From positions 25,854,001-25,918,000 of the forward strand of contig CM022672.1 of assembly GCA_012295275.1 (NCBI GenBank): a stretch of DNA of 64,000 bases, in the 5' to 3' direction. The number at the start of each line of letters is the position of its first letter. Position 1 is the first letter of the stretch. Origin of the DNA: Chrysomallon squamiferum (lineage: Eukaryota; Animalia; Mollusca). Shown here piece after piece: positions 26,773-39,870 of the stretch. A program made the translations under genes and the position numbers. Under the pieces are notes generated by a model. The model did not search any database, was not told the origin of the DNA, and saw nothing but the letters and a program-made list of their open reading frames with translations.

Positions 26773-28724
26773 TTTGTTATTATTTTTATTTTTGTTATTA
26801 TTCTTATTTTTATTATTTGTCTACTGTGTTGTACGTATCTTTGTGTTTGTGTGTGCTTGTTTTCATGTATTTACATAAGTGTATATGTAATTATGTTTTT
26901 ATATAACAGTAATGTTATTTTCTATTTTTATGAAGACATAGGCATGTTGTCCATTTTATGTTTTTACATATATTTACATTTTTATAGATCTGTTTTAGAT
27001 TAAATATATGCAGATGAATGAATATTATAACAAGTTTTAAACATTTCTTTGTTTGGGTTTTACATTTCTACAGCTGATATTTAATTAAATGCAGATGTTT
27101 TATATGTTACATCTACAAATTATCTGTTACATTCTGGTTATGTGTGGCATTTGAGTTTGTTATCCTGCAAAGAAGAAATGTATATAACCTTTCTGTAAAA
27201 CAAACATTATACATAAAAACAAGTCTTTGTTAGAAAATAAATGCCAAAACAGTCTAGTCCTACAAGAAAAAAAAAAAAAAAATGTGTTTGCTGAAATGGC
27301 AGAAGAAAGCTATGTGTAATTTTGGCTGAAAAAATGATTGACAATTTTACTTACATACACAAGCTAATGATAATTCTTCATTTTAGAAGCAGCTGATGAT
27401 AATGTTTCTTATTATTAGCAGCTGAAGACCATTTTCATTTTATGATTATCTGCATATGAAAGCAGCATACAACCGTTTTTTTCATGAGTATAGCTGACAG
27501 ACACATTTCTCTTTAGCATCACCTTTTGATCATTTTACTTGAGTACATATGTCCATTTAGCTTATGAGTATGGCTCATGGTCACATTTCACATTAGTATC
27601 AGCCTATGACCAGTTTTCTTACGGCCATCATAACAAATTATTTAACAGTAAATTGCTGTAATAAATTCAGTTACAAACACGAAGTCCAGACATCAAAGAT
27701 TATTTTACTGTAGGTTAATGTCTACATTATGGCTATGAAATCCTGCTGCAGCATTCTTCAGGGTTTATCACAGTCCACAGCAGCAGTGGTCAGTGAGAGG
27801 TAAAGGAAAACAAAGCTGAAGATAACACACAGAGATGATATCAAAGACACATGAAACTGGAGAAGACTTCGCTTCAAAGACGTGTTATGTCTTTGAACAA
27901 CTCCTGAGAACAAACAACAACAGATTTGTAAAAACTAATAGCAGACATGAATGAATCAGAGTAATAACAATGTGCTGTTGTTGTTGTTTTCAACAAGAAA
28001 ACTGTTAAGAAAATAATTAAGTAATATAGAAAATTCAGATTTGGTACATTTGGAATAATAATTATATACATTGTTGATATTTTAAACAAAAACAGAAGAA
28101 AGAAAAAATAAAATAGGAATAACAATAACAATAATAATGTCTAATAAATGTTTATAATAAAAAGTAAAGAACAAATGGAAATATCTGGAATAACAGTGTG
28201 ATGGTTGAAGTTTACATAGCTTTTACTTAACAGCATGTGTTGTTGTCTTCAAGAATGTATCATTATCTTTGATATAAACTTTTTAATTGGACTAATATTC
28301 ATTTAAATATTTTAATTAATATTACATATAGTAATAGAAAAATAGTAAGAATGGAAGTAGTAGCAACAGCAGTAGTATAACAAAAATAAGGGTAAAAAAA
28401 AAATTGTTTTTAAATTAATGAATGGATCAATTGTAAATTAAAAGGCAGCAAACTTGGAAAAAAACAACAAGTGAAATTTTAATTAGACCTCACCCATGTA
28501 AGAAATCATGTATTTTCTTAGCTTAATTTCAGTCCAAGGATTCAATAAATTGTACTTAAAGGAAAAGTGTTAATTGGTTTTACAGCTGGAATATTGATTT
28601 ATGAGAAAGTAACCAAGATCTGTTTGCCAGCATGTGTTGTGTTGTTTGTGTTTTACAGAAACAACATGGTGCAGTTGAGCTGACAAAGAAAAGTATTATT
28701 TGATAGATCAATTATTCAGTGGCC

Positions 28725-29045
28725 AGTTTTACCTGTTAATATGAATTTTACCTGTATCTGTGATATTATTTGTATTTATAATAATATTACCTGAATCTGT
28801 GATATTAATATTTCCTATATATTTCCTACAAATGTTACCTGTATCTGTGATATAAATATTGCCAGTATTTGTAATATAAATATTGCCGGTATTTGTGATA
28901 TAAATATTACCTGTATCTGTGATATTAATATTATCTGTATTTGTGATATAAATATTACCTGTATCTGTGATATTAATATTACCTGTATATGTGATATAAA
29001 CTTCACCTGCATGAGAGTTGTAAATACTGGTTGTTACCTGTATCT
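28725..29045. repeat. 24-bp minisatellite
   Basis: Unit AATATTACCTGTATCTGTGATAT(A/T), with starts at 28951 and 28975. It explains the 8-aa periodic ORF 28815..29012. Confidence 0.9.
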
Positions 29046-30771
29046 ATAATACAACATTACTAAGGGTAGTGATACGTGTAATATGACTATTAACTGTATT
29101 ATCTCTTAGTGTTGTAAGTATTGTCAATTTACTTGTGTTCTTGTGTGACATAAACATATTGCTTTCAGCAGGTACAGCAAACAAGTGGTAGTGAAAACAT
29201 CTGAAGCATATCCACTAATGTTAGATAATCTACTGACAGGTAGAGACATTATTTCTGGTAGAGACTTTTAATTTAAGAAAGGAAAAGCTAATTAAACTAA
29301 AACTATTAACAACCATTTTTGTAGTATGTCCCCCCCATCCAGTAACATCAAGAACTCTTTTAATGATAAATTCATTATCACATAACGATGGACTTGCCAA
29401 AAAAAAAAAAAAAATGAAATGCTGTTTGGAATGGGAAATTACAGGCATAATAATGTCAGTCGTGTCTTGATTCTTAAAAACACACTCACCGTGGATTTCA
29501 TTTTCCTGCACTGTTCTTTCTTCTTCACACAAGACTGCTGCATTGTTGTGTACAAAATATTTACAAGACAGTCTCAAGAAAAATTATAATTCACCCTTAA
29601 GTATTTCATAATTTTCTTTCATTCTTCAGAACACAAAATGAAATCTGAGATCAGTTTTGAATATTTTCCAACACAGCCATCACTTCAAGGCATACATGTC
29701 TGTGACTGAGTTCACACTGGCATGTTTGAATTCACACAGATTTTGTATCCAAATTCACACAAATTCCTCAGACTGCACAATCTTATCTAACAGGTGTGTT
29801 TTCACACAAACATCTGAGTCAGTAGTCTAAATGTACACAACACTTTGCCAACAAGTGACCAGGTCAGGTCCAGTGTTGTCTTTCACATCTAATTAAAATC
29901 AGGATTACTAAAACAGATTATCTCCAACCAATGATGTACAAGTCCTTATTTAAAGCTACAATCAGGTGTTTTTTTATTACACAACCAAATCTTTGTTTCC
30001 TTAATAAACCTTTTTAATAAATGTCATACGAATCTCTTATATAAAATTATAACCAATTATGGATGTTTAAAAATCTCTACACAAAAACATGAATATGGTG
30101 ATATTTTTATCTTCATCACAAAATATTTATTAATTGTTTATAAATAAATTTAGTATAGCTTTTTAAACCTTCCTGGAGATTTTTTTTTTTTTAATTTTAA
30201 GGTACTTTAGTCAAATATAAATTATTTATTATATATGCAGATTGTCTATCCCTTTACTCTTTTCTATTCTATAACCTCTTTGTGGATGTGGTCTAAATTC
30301 CAGAATTATAAAAAATAATAATTAATATATAATTTTGTTAAAATATTTTGAAGTGTTTATAAATAGATGTGAAAACTTTTGTATATATAAAGCAGATATT
30401 CCAATATCAATAAAATGTTGTTAGAATATTTAATTACAGATGTAAAACATTTAAAATATTCATCTGATTAATATGTATTAAATTAAAAATGCATTTCCAG
30501 ATAACAATCCAAGCAGGTCATGCTTTTTAAATGTATTCCTCGATTCTGAATAATTTCAGTCTTTCTTCAAACACTCAAGATTATTTTGTAACATTTAAAT
30601 TTCTGTCAAGAAATATCAAGTGGAGATTCTAAATTTTGTTTCATCATTAAAAACTGATTTGTCATCTTGTTTAGTACCTACTGACCTTTCTCTTGCTTTT
30701 GAAACATCCATTTTTAATTACTTTGAGAAATATCTAATTTTTTCTTTACTTCTTTAATATCAGCTTTGTTC

Positions 30772-31005
30772 ACAACTTCATGTAATATCCACTTTATTTA
30801 CTTCTTCATAAAATGTTTACTGTTTCTTTAATATCAGTTTTCATTACTTCTTGTAATATCCACTTTGTTTACTTCTTCTTGAATTTTTCTATTTTACTGC
30901 TTCATCATCATGAAATACTTTTATTTAATACTTCTTGTAATATCCACTTTATTTACTACTACTTTAATATCCTCATGTTAATATCTTCATGTAATATCCT
31001 CTTCT
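30772..31005. repeat. Degenerate tandem repeat, 4 copies of a TGTAATATCCACTTT core
   Basis: CTTC(A/T)TGTAATATCC recurs near 30776, 30848, 30931 and 30985. Confidence 0.7.
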
Positions 31006-32394
31006 TGGAATATCTCACTTATACAACTCTTTCAAATCTTATACAGTAAGAGTGTCATGGTATAAAAATATCAATCAACTGCTAAACTGTGTAACAACAC
31101 AGCACACATATTAATATGACTGCCACTTATTTTTCATGTTCGAAGTTGTCACTTAGTTTTTTCAATAAACATCAATACACGTGAAAAAAAGCTGTTGTCT
31201 GAATACACTGGTAATATATCCACACAACCAGTTTTCACAAAACAATCAAAGAAATCATGATGAATTTTTCTATCAGCCAGGTAAAAAAAAAAAAAACACA
31301 AAAAAACCCCACACACTATAAAACTGAGTTTATGAAAACATCTGTTTCATTTCTGAAAATTCCTCCAACAACAGACTGCAGAGAAAACAGCAGCAGCAAC
31401 AACAACAACAACAACAATGTGAGGTCCGATGAGGTAAAAACGACACTTCCTGCAAACTGTATTATGACAGAATACATAAAACCTGGTGGTTGGTTAAGAG
31501 GGAGAGTTATTGATCAGCAGTGCTGTATCATTGGGTGGCAATTGCCAGGTGTTATTGATTATTTCCTCCAGGTAGACCAGGGTCAATAGAAAACAATACA
31601 AGGTGTGAACAAAGCCTGTGATAAAAAAGGTGTCACTGGAAAACTTTCTGTCAGTGACTTGTTTATCTGGTGACTTACAGCAGCATGATTCAAATGAACA
31701 GTTAAGACTGTTAAGTAACACAAGTTACTGGCTGTGGATGTCTTCTGCTATTTACTGGGTTTAACGAGAATTTACAACACAAGCCTGAGTTTTCAAACAT
31801 TTACTGTTACGACACTGTTGCCCCAGTTTTTTGCATTTTAATCACAGTTCTATCAATAATTACATATGATGGTAGATTGTATTAGAATCTAAAACTGTAG
31901 TGAAGAATAATCACAATTAACGAACAGCATGATTTTAAAAATACTTGAAAATATTTGACTATGATTTTTTCAAAGATGAAAAAATGGATATAGTCATAGT
32001 TTATCCTCAATGCATTTTTTTAATACAGACTCTCTCATGAAAGAATGAAATATGTTTTGCAATAAACATTTTATCTTTGTAATAATGGCTGCTAAACTAT
32101 AAAATATGATTAAGGTAAGAAAAAAACTTTGAGAAAATTCTGAAATAAGATAAAATAGTAACAGGATATTAAAAACGGTGACACGATATCACTGTGATGG
32201 ATATAATTTTTAAAGGTGGAGCATCTACAGGAATGGAAAATAGTTTGTTATTGAAGAATGGCTGATCCTGCAATCACAGAAACAGCTCTATCTTAAAATG
32301 TATATACAACTGTCAATACAATATAAAATATACAAAAACTTTTCTTTTATCAACTTCTTTAGCAAAATTACAGTTAATAATAACATGGCAGTCA

Positions 32395-32541
32395 TATGAT
32401 TTATATTTCCAGTACATTTATAATCTGAATACTGTACAAAAACTATGATTTATATTTCCAGTACATTTATAATCTGAATACTGTACAAAAACTATGATTT
32501 ATATTTCCAGTACATTTATATTCTGAATACTGTACAAAAAC
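32395..32541. repeat. 49-bp tandem triplication
   Basis: TATGATTTATATTTCCAGTACATTTATAATCTGAATACTGTACAAAAAC at 32395, 32444 and 32493. Confidence 0.95.
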
Positions 32542-33278
32542 AACTTGTTTATAAAGAAATTTATCTACATTTAATTATAGACTAAATCTGGCATTATAAT
32601 TATACACAACATAAATAAACCTGTTTTAATGTTTTATAGAAGCCAAACACAGGCAGTTCACAGTACATGTTAAATAACAGTATTAACACTGCAACAATAA
32701 ATCTTGAATCCTAACAAAGTCTTATAAAGTTTTACCATATATTATAAAATATCAGTTATAAAATTAAACAAAAATATTATACAGTTTGATAATATATTAT
32801 AAAGTTTTATCGTTTATTATAAAGTTTTAAAATATATTATCAAGTTTTATCATTTATTGTAGTTTCTAAATACATTATAAGGTTTTAAGATTTGTTATTT
32901 TCTATTAAACCACTGGATATACTAAGGTTGTTTTTTCCTTCATTTCTTTTTTTTTTTTATCTTACTTTCAGTCTGACATGTTTATATAACATAATTATAG
33001 ACATGATTGTGTTTTTGTCATTTTGAAGTGCTAAGATAAGATCAAAGAAAGATTTTACTATTTTAAATGCAGCCTGGCAAACAAGTGTTAAGTAAGTTTG
33101 TATGTGTATATGTAAGTATGTGTGTCTGTGTAGTGTGTGCCTGTAGGCCTATATGTGTTTTTATGTATAAGTGTATATGTATGTATGTGTGTACACGTAT
33201 GTATTTACATAATGTTATGTATGTAGGTATTTATGTAGGCATGTGTGTATGTGTGTGTGAGTGTGCATATACATATAC

Positions 33279-33323
<45 letters not shown>

Positions 33324-34050
33324 GTATGTATGTATGTAGATGGGTATATAGGTACGTGTGTGTGCATACATATGCATGTATAAATGATATAATGTGTGTA
33401 TGTGCATGTATGTATGATAACTGTGTATGTGTAAATTAAATGTATATATATATATCTGTGATTAAAAACCTCAAACAATAACTAACTATAAACTTTAACC
33501 TATAAAACATCCATGTCTACAAAACTATTTAAAACAGTCTTCACAGACCATTTAAAACAAACAGTTGCCTGTTCTGTAACAAAATGTACATCAGCTACAA
33601 GATTTGATAACATGATTATCACCTATCTATTCAACATCTGCAGATCATCAACAAACACAGTGTTAAAGAAAACTTTCAAACAGAGCAGTCACAGGATACC
33701 GTCAAGCACACTGCTGCAGAGCTGTAACAACATCGCTACAGCAGCACTGTAACAACACCGCCACAAAGGTGATGCAGCACATGTGATTAACACACTGTCG
33801 CATCTGCTGTTGAAAAAAAGAATGAACGGAATCCGAAACAACGAGACAACAAAAACTGAAATGTAAATGAGCTCTCTTTTCCTGCTGAAATATTTATGTC
33901 TGGCTATGAGCGGGCTGAAGGAAAACAGGAAATTGCTTGTTGAAGTAGTAATGCAAGGATAGGATTTTTCAATTAGTTTGGGAATTTGCTCACTGTCACG
34001 TTTGATACATGAGATGTGTACCAAACAGCTCCAAGTATGTGACACACAGG

Positions 34051-34360
34051 TTTATGAGTGTCCACGCTTTTAATGTTTCTGATTACTAACTTTTAGTTAT
34101 TTCCCAATCCAACCTGTGTTACAATTGTGTAGCACAGAAATGTTTTAATAACGTCTTCAACTATTTGACGCATACATTTATGAGTGTCAAAGCTTTTAAT
34201 GTTTCTAATTACTAACTTTTAGTTATTTCCCAATCCAACCTATGTTACATGTGTGTAGCACAGAAATGTTTTAATAATGACTTCAACTATTTGATGCATA
34301 CATATCTAAACTTTAAGTGTTTCTAATTACTAACTTCTAGTTATTTTCCAATCCAAACTT
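34051..34360. repeat. 126-bp tandem duplication plus partial third copy
   Basis: TTTATGAGTGTC...TTACTAACTTTTAGTTATTTCCCAATCCAACC at 34051 and 34177, with a partial copy from about 34310. Confidence 0.9.
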
Positions 34361-34990
34361 TAATATACACGTATCTAGTGTATTAGGTATTAGAGATTTT
34401 TGATAACCAACTTATGAAAGTGAAACTCTTCTTCTCAGGTTTTCATTCCTTCTAATCACTGATTTTAGTTCTTTCCAAGTCTAACCTTTGCTCTTTATAA
34501 TCTAGAATTTCTGATTTATTACAATAGCTTCATATGACAAACATACTCATAAAATTCAATAATTGCTTGTCTGTTTTTTAATCATATATTTACAGTTTTT
34601 CTTTCTGTAATACATTTTGAAATATTAAATATGAAAGCTACTAACACAATAATTAGCCAATAATTGATTATATACTTGTTGTAGAACTGCACTGGGCATA
34701 CTATTTATACCATTCTGAAATACACAACTGTTTAACACAGTATGCAGTGCACGCAGAAAGTATAACAACATATGTTAATATAGAATACAATGTTTTGTTG
34801 CTTTGGTTTTGTCAGTTAAATGTAATATGCAGATGGGAATTACATTAAAATATTAAACTGCTTTAGATTGTGTCAGTTACAGATGTACTGATGACAGACA
34901 TGCCAAAAGAAAATAGATTTACAGAGAAAAAACTGAACAGAAGTGTGAACATTCAGACAGACAAAGACAGATAAACGTATATCTCATTTA

Positions 34991-35363
34991 AATTTTTTCT
35001 ATCTTTCTTTCTTTTATTGTATGTTTCTTTTTGTTAAACTTTCTCTTTGTTTCCATTTTCTCTCTTTATTTCTCTTTCTTTCTCCCTCATTTTATACCTG
35101 TCTGTCTGTATATATTTATATAATCTGAATATTGTACAAAAATAACTTGTTTATAAAGAAATTTATCTACGTTTGATTACAGACTTAATCTGACAGCTAC
35201 AGTTAAATATTGCTAACATTATAATTATACATCCATTTATATAAATATATACAGACAGACAGGTATAAAATGAGGGAGAAAAAGAGAAATAAAGATAGAA
35301 AATGAAAACAAAGAGAAAGTTTAACAAAAAGACACATACAATAAAAGAAATAGATAAAAAATT
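34991..35363. repeat. Inverted repeat with about 130-bp arms and a 113-bp spacer
   Basis: Left arm 34991-35123 and right arm 35237-35363 are near reverse complements, e.g. TCTCCCTCATTTTATACCTGTCTGTCTGTATATATTTATATAA versus TTATATAAATATATACAGACAGACAGGTATAAAATGAGGGAGA. Confidence 0.92.
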
Positions 35364-35855
35364 AAAAATAAAACAAGAGATACAAATACATTCAAAGACA
35401 TAGCTAGAAAAAGAAAAAGACAGAGAAAAATGAAGAAAAAAAAAGAAAGAATGAACAAACTCAAATTTAAAGACACACATTTTAACATTCTGTTTGTGGA
35501 AACTGGTTGATGAAAATTTAACTTGGCTAAACGAGAGTTACACCTGTGTGTTAAATTAAGCCTCGTCGTAAAGATGACAGCGAGTGGAATTTGAAGTCTG
35601 GTCACACGAAGCGATGTGGCAAACAACAGCACAGTAACGCCAGGCAACAGCAGTGTGCTCACAAACCAAACACACCATCCAGACTCTAATTGAATCAGAG
35701 ACACACTCAATAGAACCAATTATAAGTAAAAAGGTTATAGATTTTCTACACAGGTAACCCAGTAGTTAAACAGCGGAAAAGCTCAATGATTGGTTTTAAA
35801 ACTGTTTTCAGTCCCTAAAAATATACACATATAATTTGTTTACTAATTGAAGTAT

Positions 35856-35894
<39 letters not shown>

Positions 35895-35974
35895 GTTTAC
35901 ATGTCATTTTGTTCCTGGGTTTATTTGTTTTTGTTTCTTTGTAGTTGTATGTGTGTGTATCTACATGTATGTAT

Positions 35975-36019
<45 letters not shown>

Positions 36020-37369
36020 GTAATAATAATAGTAATTATAATAATAATAATAAATACTGCATACAGAATGATTTTATGATAAAGATTTTTTACACTTATG
36101 TTTATAAAAGAAAGACAATTAAAATAAATGTTTCTAATTACTAACTTTTAGATAAACACAACACTTTTATCCTTAAATCTGTACTTCAATAACTGCTATA
36201 AACAATGTACCTTAAAAAAACAACAACAAAAAAACAAAAAAAACAAAAAACAAAAAAAATATCAACATTTGTATATGTTCAAATGAAGAAAATAAGTTGT
36301 TTTTAATATTTTATTTTATACCTGATTTGGTTCATTGTGTTATATCTTTATTTGTTAATTTTACAAGTATGGGACACTTCTATACTGAATTATTTCTTGT
36401 CTGGTATTTAATGCAGTATTTTATTTACTTCAGGTATAGCCAGAAATTTTAAATATGTTATTACATTGCTTATTTTCAGTTAACTATTTATTCTGGGTTA
36501 CTTTCTTAAGTTATATTTTGTCCTTTTTAATTATCATTTTCTATTTTGTTGTTCTTTTCAACTGTTTTAATTATTTAGAATTAAATATTTATTCTTTAAA
36601 GAAGTCTGGTCACACAAATTTAAATTTTAAGTGTTTTTTTATTTCTTTTTTTTTCTTTTCAACAATTCTTCTATAATTATCAAAACAACTCAACTACAAT
36701 GACTCAGAAACCAGGAAACAGCAACAAGAACAAGAACAAAAACGAACATAAACAACAGGTAAGATATATATATATATATATGTAAACACTTTTTTTTTTT
36801 AATTTACTTTTACCGTAACAAAGAAATAGTTAAAAAGTCCATTTCCTGAGTACTCCAGTGTTGTTGATATTATTAAATTTCCAACCTCCAGAAAATCAAA
36901 ACAGAAAAATCACAAAATTCCAGTACAGGTATATCACCTACCTGCAGTCGGGAGTGAGACCAGGTGTGATCAAAGAGACTGAACATTCAGGTAAGTAATG
37001 GGTTAGCCCAACAGGTAAGTCTAATCCGAGCTCAAACACTGGGCTGAGGTAAATACCATGTAGACTCTTTGTACTGTGTTGGTCAGATTGTTATCTGCGA
37101 ATGATGTCAGCTGAAAGCCACTTGAGATTGCAGTGGGAAGTATGAGGTATGCTAAGTACTACGAGTAACTTAAACAATATGGCAAATTAAAGTGGAATTA
37201 TCACAGCTGAGATTTTGTCCTTTTAATTACACCCATGTACTTGTTTGTGTGATAATAATGAGAGAAAGAAAGAGTGATTTAAAGATGAATTAGTTTTGAT
37301 TTTATTGTCGTTTTATCACAGGCAAAATACTGCAATTCTAAAGCACATATAGAATAAGAGAAAGAATAT

Positions 37370-37440
<71 letters not shown>

Positions 37441-37909
37441 AAATTCATGAATAGGAATAAATTATTAAAGATGGGATCAACCAATTATTAAAGATCAGAT
37501 GAATTAATAATAGCAATTGCTTCTATTATTATTATTATTCATATTCATATTATTCATATTATTATTATTATTATTATTATTATCATTTTTACTATTAACC
37601 ACTGTTATCACCATCATCATCATCATTATAAAGAAATAAATAAAAAAAGAATCCACAATTTTCCCAGAGTTAAGTCTTTGAAGTTATAAACCTGTCATGT
37701 ACTACCAAGTTACCTGTAATTTACTGATTAGATATACAACACTCCTGACTCAGGTAAGAAAACATACACAACTTTATGATGGGTCCTTATTCAAGAGTTA
37801 CCTAACACAACAACTCCCAACAAAGCCCAACATAGAATTGTGTAATGTTATTTACTACGAAAACATGTGTATAATGGGACCTGACAGGTAGTGACCAGTA
37901 TTCAGAGGT

Positions 37910-38480
37910 TGAAATCCAATCCTACATCCATACATATTATACCTGACACAAAAAGCCTGAAGGTATTTCATTTAATAGGTGAAATAAAAATAATGTGTAG
38001 TATATGACTAATAAATACCAAAGCAGTTGATATTAATATAATTATGTACACCATATTGTTAACCTTTATAAAAATTTACCAATATTTTCAAGTTAAAATT
38101 CAAATCTGTCTGTCCATATACTTGACACAGAAAGCCTGTAGGTATTTTATTTAATAGTTGAAATAAAAAAACAATGTGCAGGCGATGACTAATAATCATT
38201 AAAGTAACTGATATTAACAAAACTGATAAACATACTGATAACATTTATAAAAATAATGTGTCAGATATGACTAATAATTATTAAAACAACCAATATTAAT
38301 ATAATTATATACACCATACTGATAATGTATTACATGATCTATATTTAAAATCCAGTCTTTCCTGTATGTATACCTAACACAAAAGATCTGAAGGGATTTT
38401 ATTTAACAGCTGAAGTAAAAGTAAAATGACTAAAACAACTGATAGTCATACATTTATATATACCATACTGATAAATTCAT
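37910..38480. repeat. Old diverged tandem repeat, about 3 long units
   Basis: ACAC(A)AAAAGCCTGAAGGTATTT.ATTTAATAG.TGAAATAAAAA-like blocks near 37941, 38120 and 38372, with a recurring GACTAATAA. Confidence 0.75.
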
Positions 38481-39822
38481 AAATGATAACCTGGTATCAG
38501 TCACTGGCAGAGTGAGAAAAGTGCCTACATTTAATAGATGACTTTTTAATAAGATGAAAGTACTGCAGTAGTACAGATTAATTTTTCCGAAATAATTATA
38601 ATTGTTAATATTTTTTTTATTTTTAGGTCTAAAATGAGTTCATTGTATTCTTGCCTTCAGTGTATCAAATGAAAATAAAATATCACATGAGTTTGTTATT
38701 ATTATATTTTTAATCATTATATTTTATTATTATTCAAGATTGCTTTGAAGAAAAAAGGATTTGTAAATATGTTTAACTGTTTGTACCTTGAAAATGTATC
38801 TTGTGAAAGAACAAATAAAACAATAATTTGGAAGTACATAAAATATATTTAAACTATTGTTCATATCTCACAGATATTTTTAAAAGATATTTTCTACATT
38901 TCATATATATATTCTTCATTTACTGTTAGTAAATAAAATATATATAAACCATTGTTATGCACATATACACACATACATATTAACAGTAGCGTCATTAATT
39001 TTCATATTCTACAGTGTTTTTGACTTGGTCAGCATAAATGAAAAATGATTTGTATCGTCTAAGATTTCATTATCAAACAAAACAGCTCATTGTCTAGTAA
39101 TGATTTCTTATAATTACAATGTGTGATATCCAGGGCACAGAGGACATTAATGATTTTTATACTGACTATGTAACTAAATACCTACAAACTGATCATGTGA
39201 TTTATTTTATACTTGGCTCCAGGTAAAATCTTGTTCCCAATAATTTGTAAATAAAAGAAACCATTATAAATTTATAAATTTGATATTAGTAAAACGTTTT
39301 TGAAAGTTTTAATTTTTTTGTTTTTAAATTCTGAAATGGGTAAACATGAATAATTTATATCATGATGGATAAAAGATAAAACTGATGTGTATATATGTCT
39401 GAGTGTACATTGGTCCATCTCTCTGTCTGTCTGTTTTGATATATTTCTTTTATTAAATTATATTCCAAGTGTTTCATTATGCCTTGTAATAATTAATGTA
39501 TTATTATTATTATGAAATTAGAGTTTAGAATGTTTGTTTATAAGTACACAGTATTCAAACGGAACAAGAAAGTGTAAAAACCCTGCAGACTTTCACAGGT
39601 CAGATAAAAACAGAAGTAAAACACACTCAAGTAAACACCCTTCGGCTTATTGCAGAAATGACTCACAAGAAACTGACCTTATTTTTATTTTATTACAAAA
39701 CCTTTCAAAGTCTATTTTACCTAAAATAACTGTTAGGCCTAATTAATAGTTGTACTTTAAAAATTAATATTTATAAAATTAGCATTTGTCAGGAAAATTA
39801 TAAATAATTAAATACATAAATC

Positions 39823-39870
<48 letters not shown>

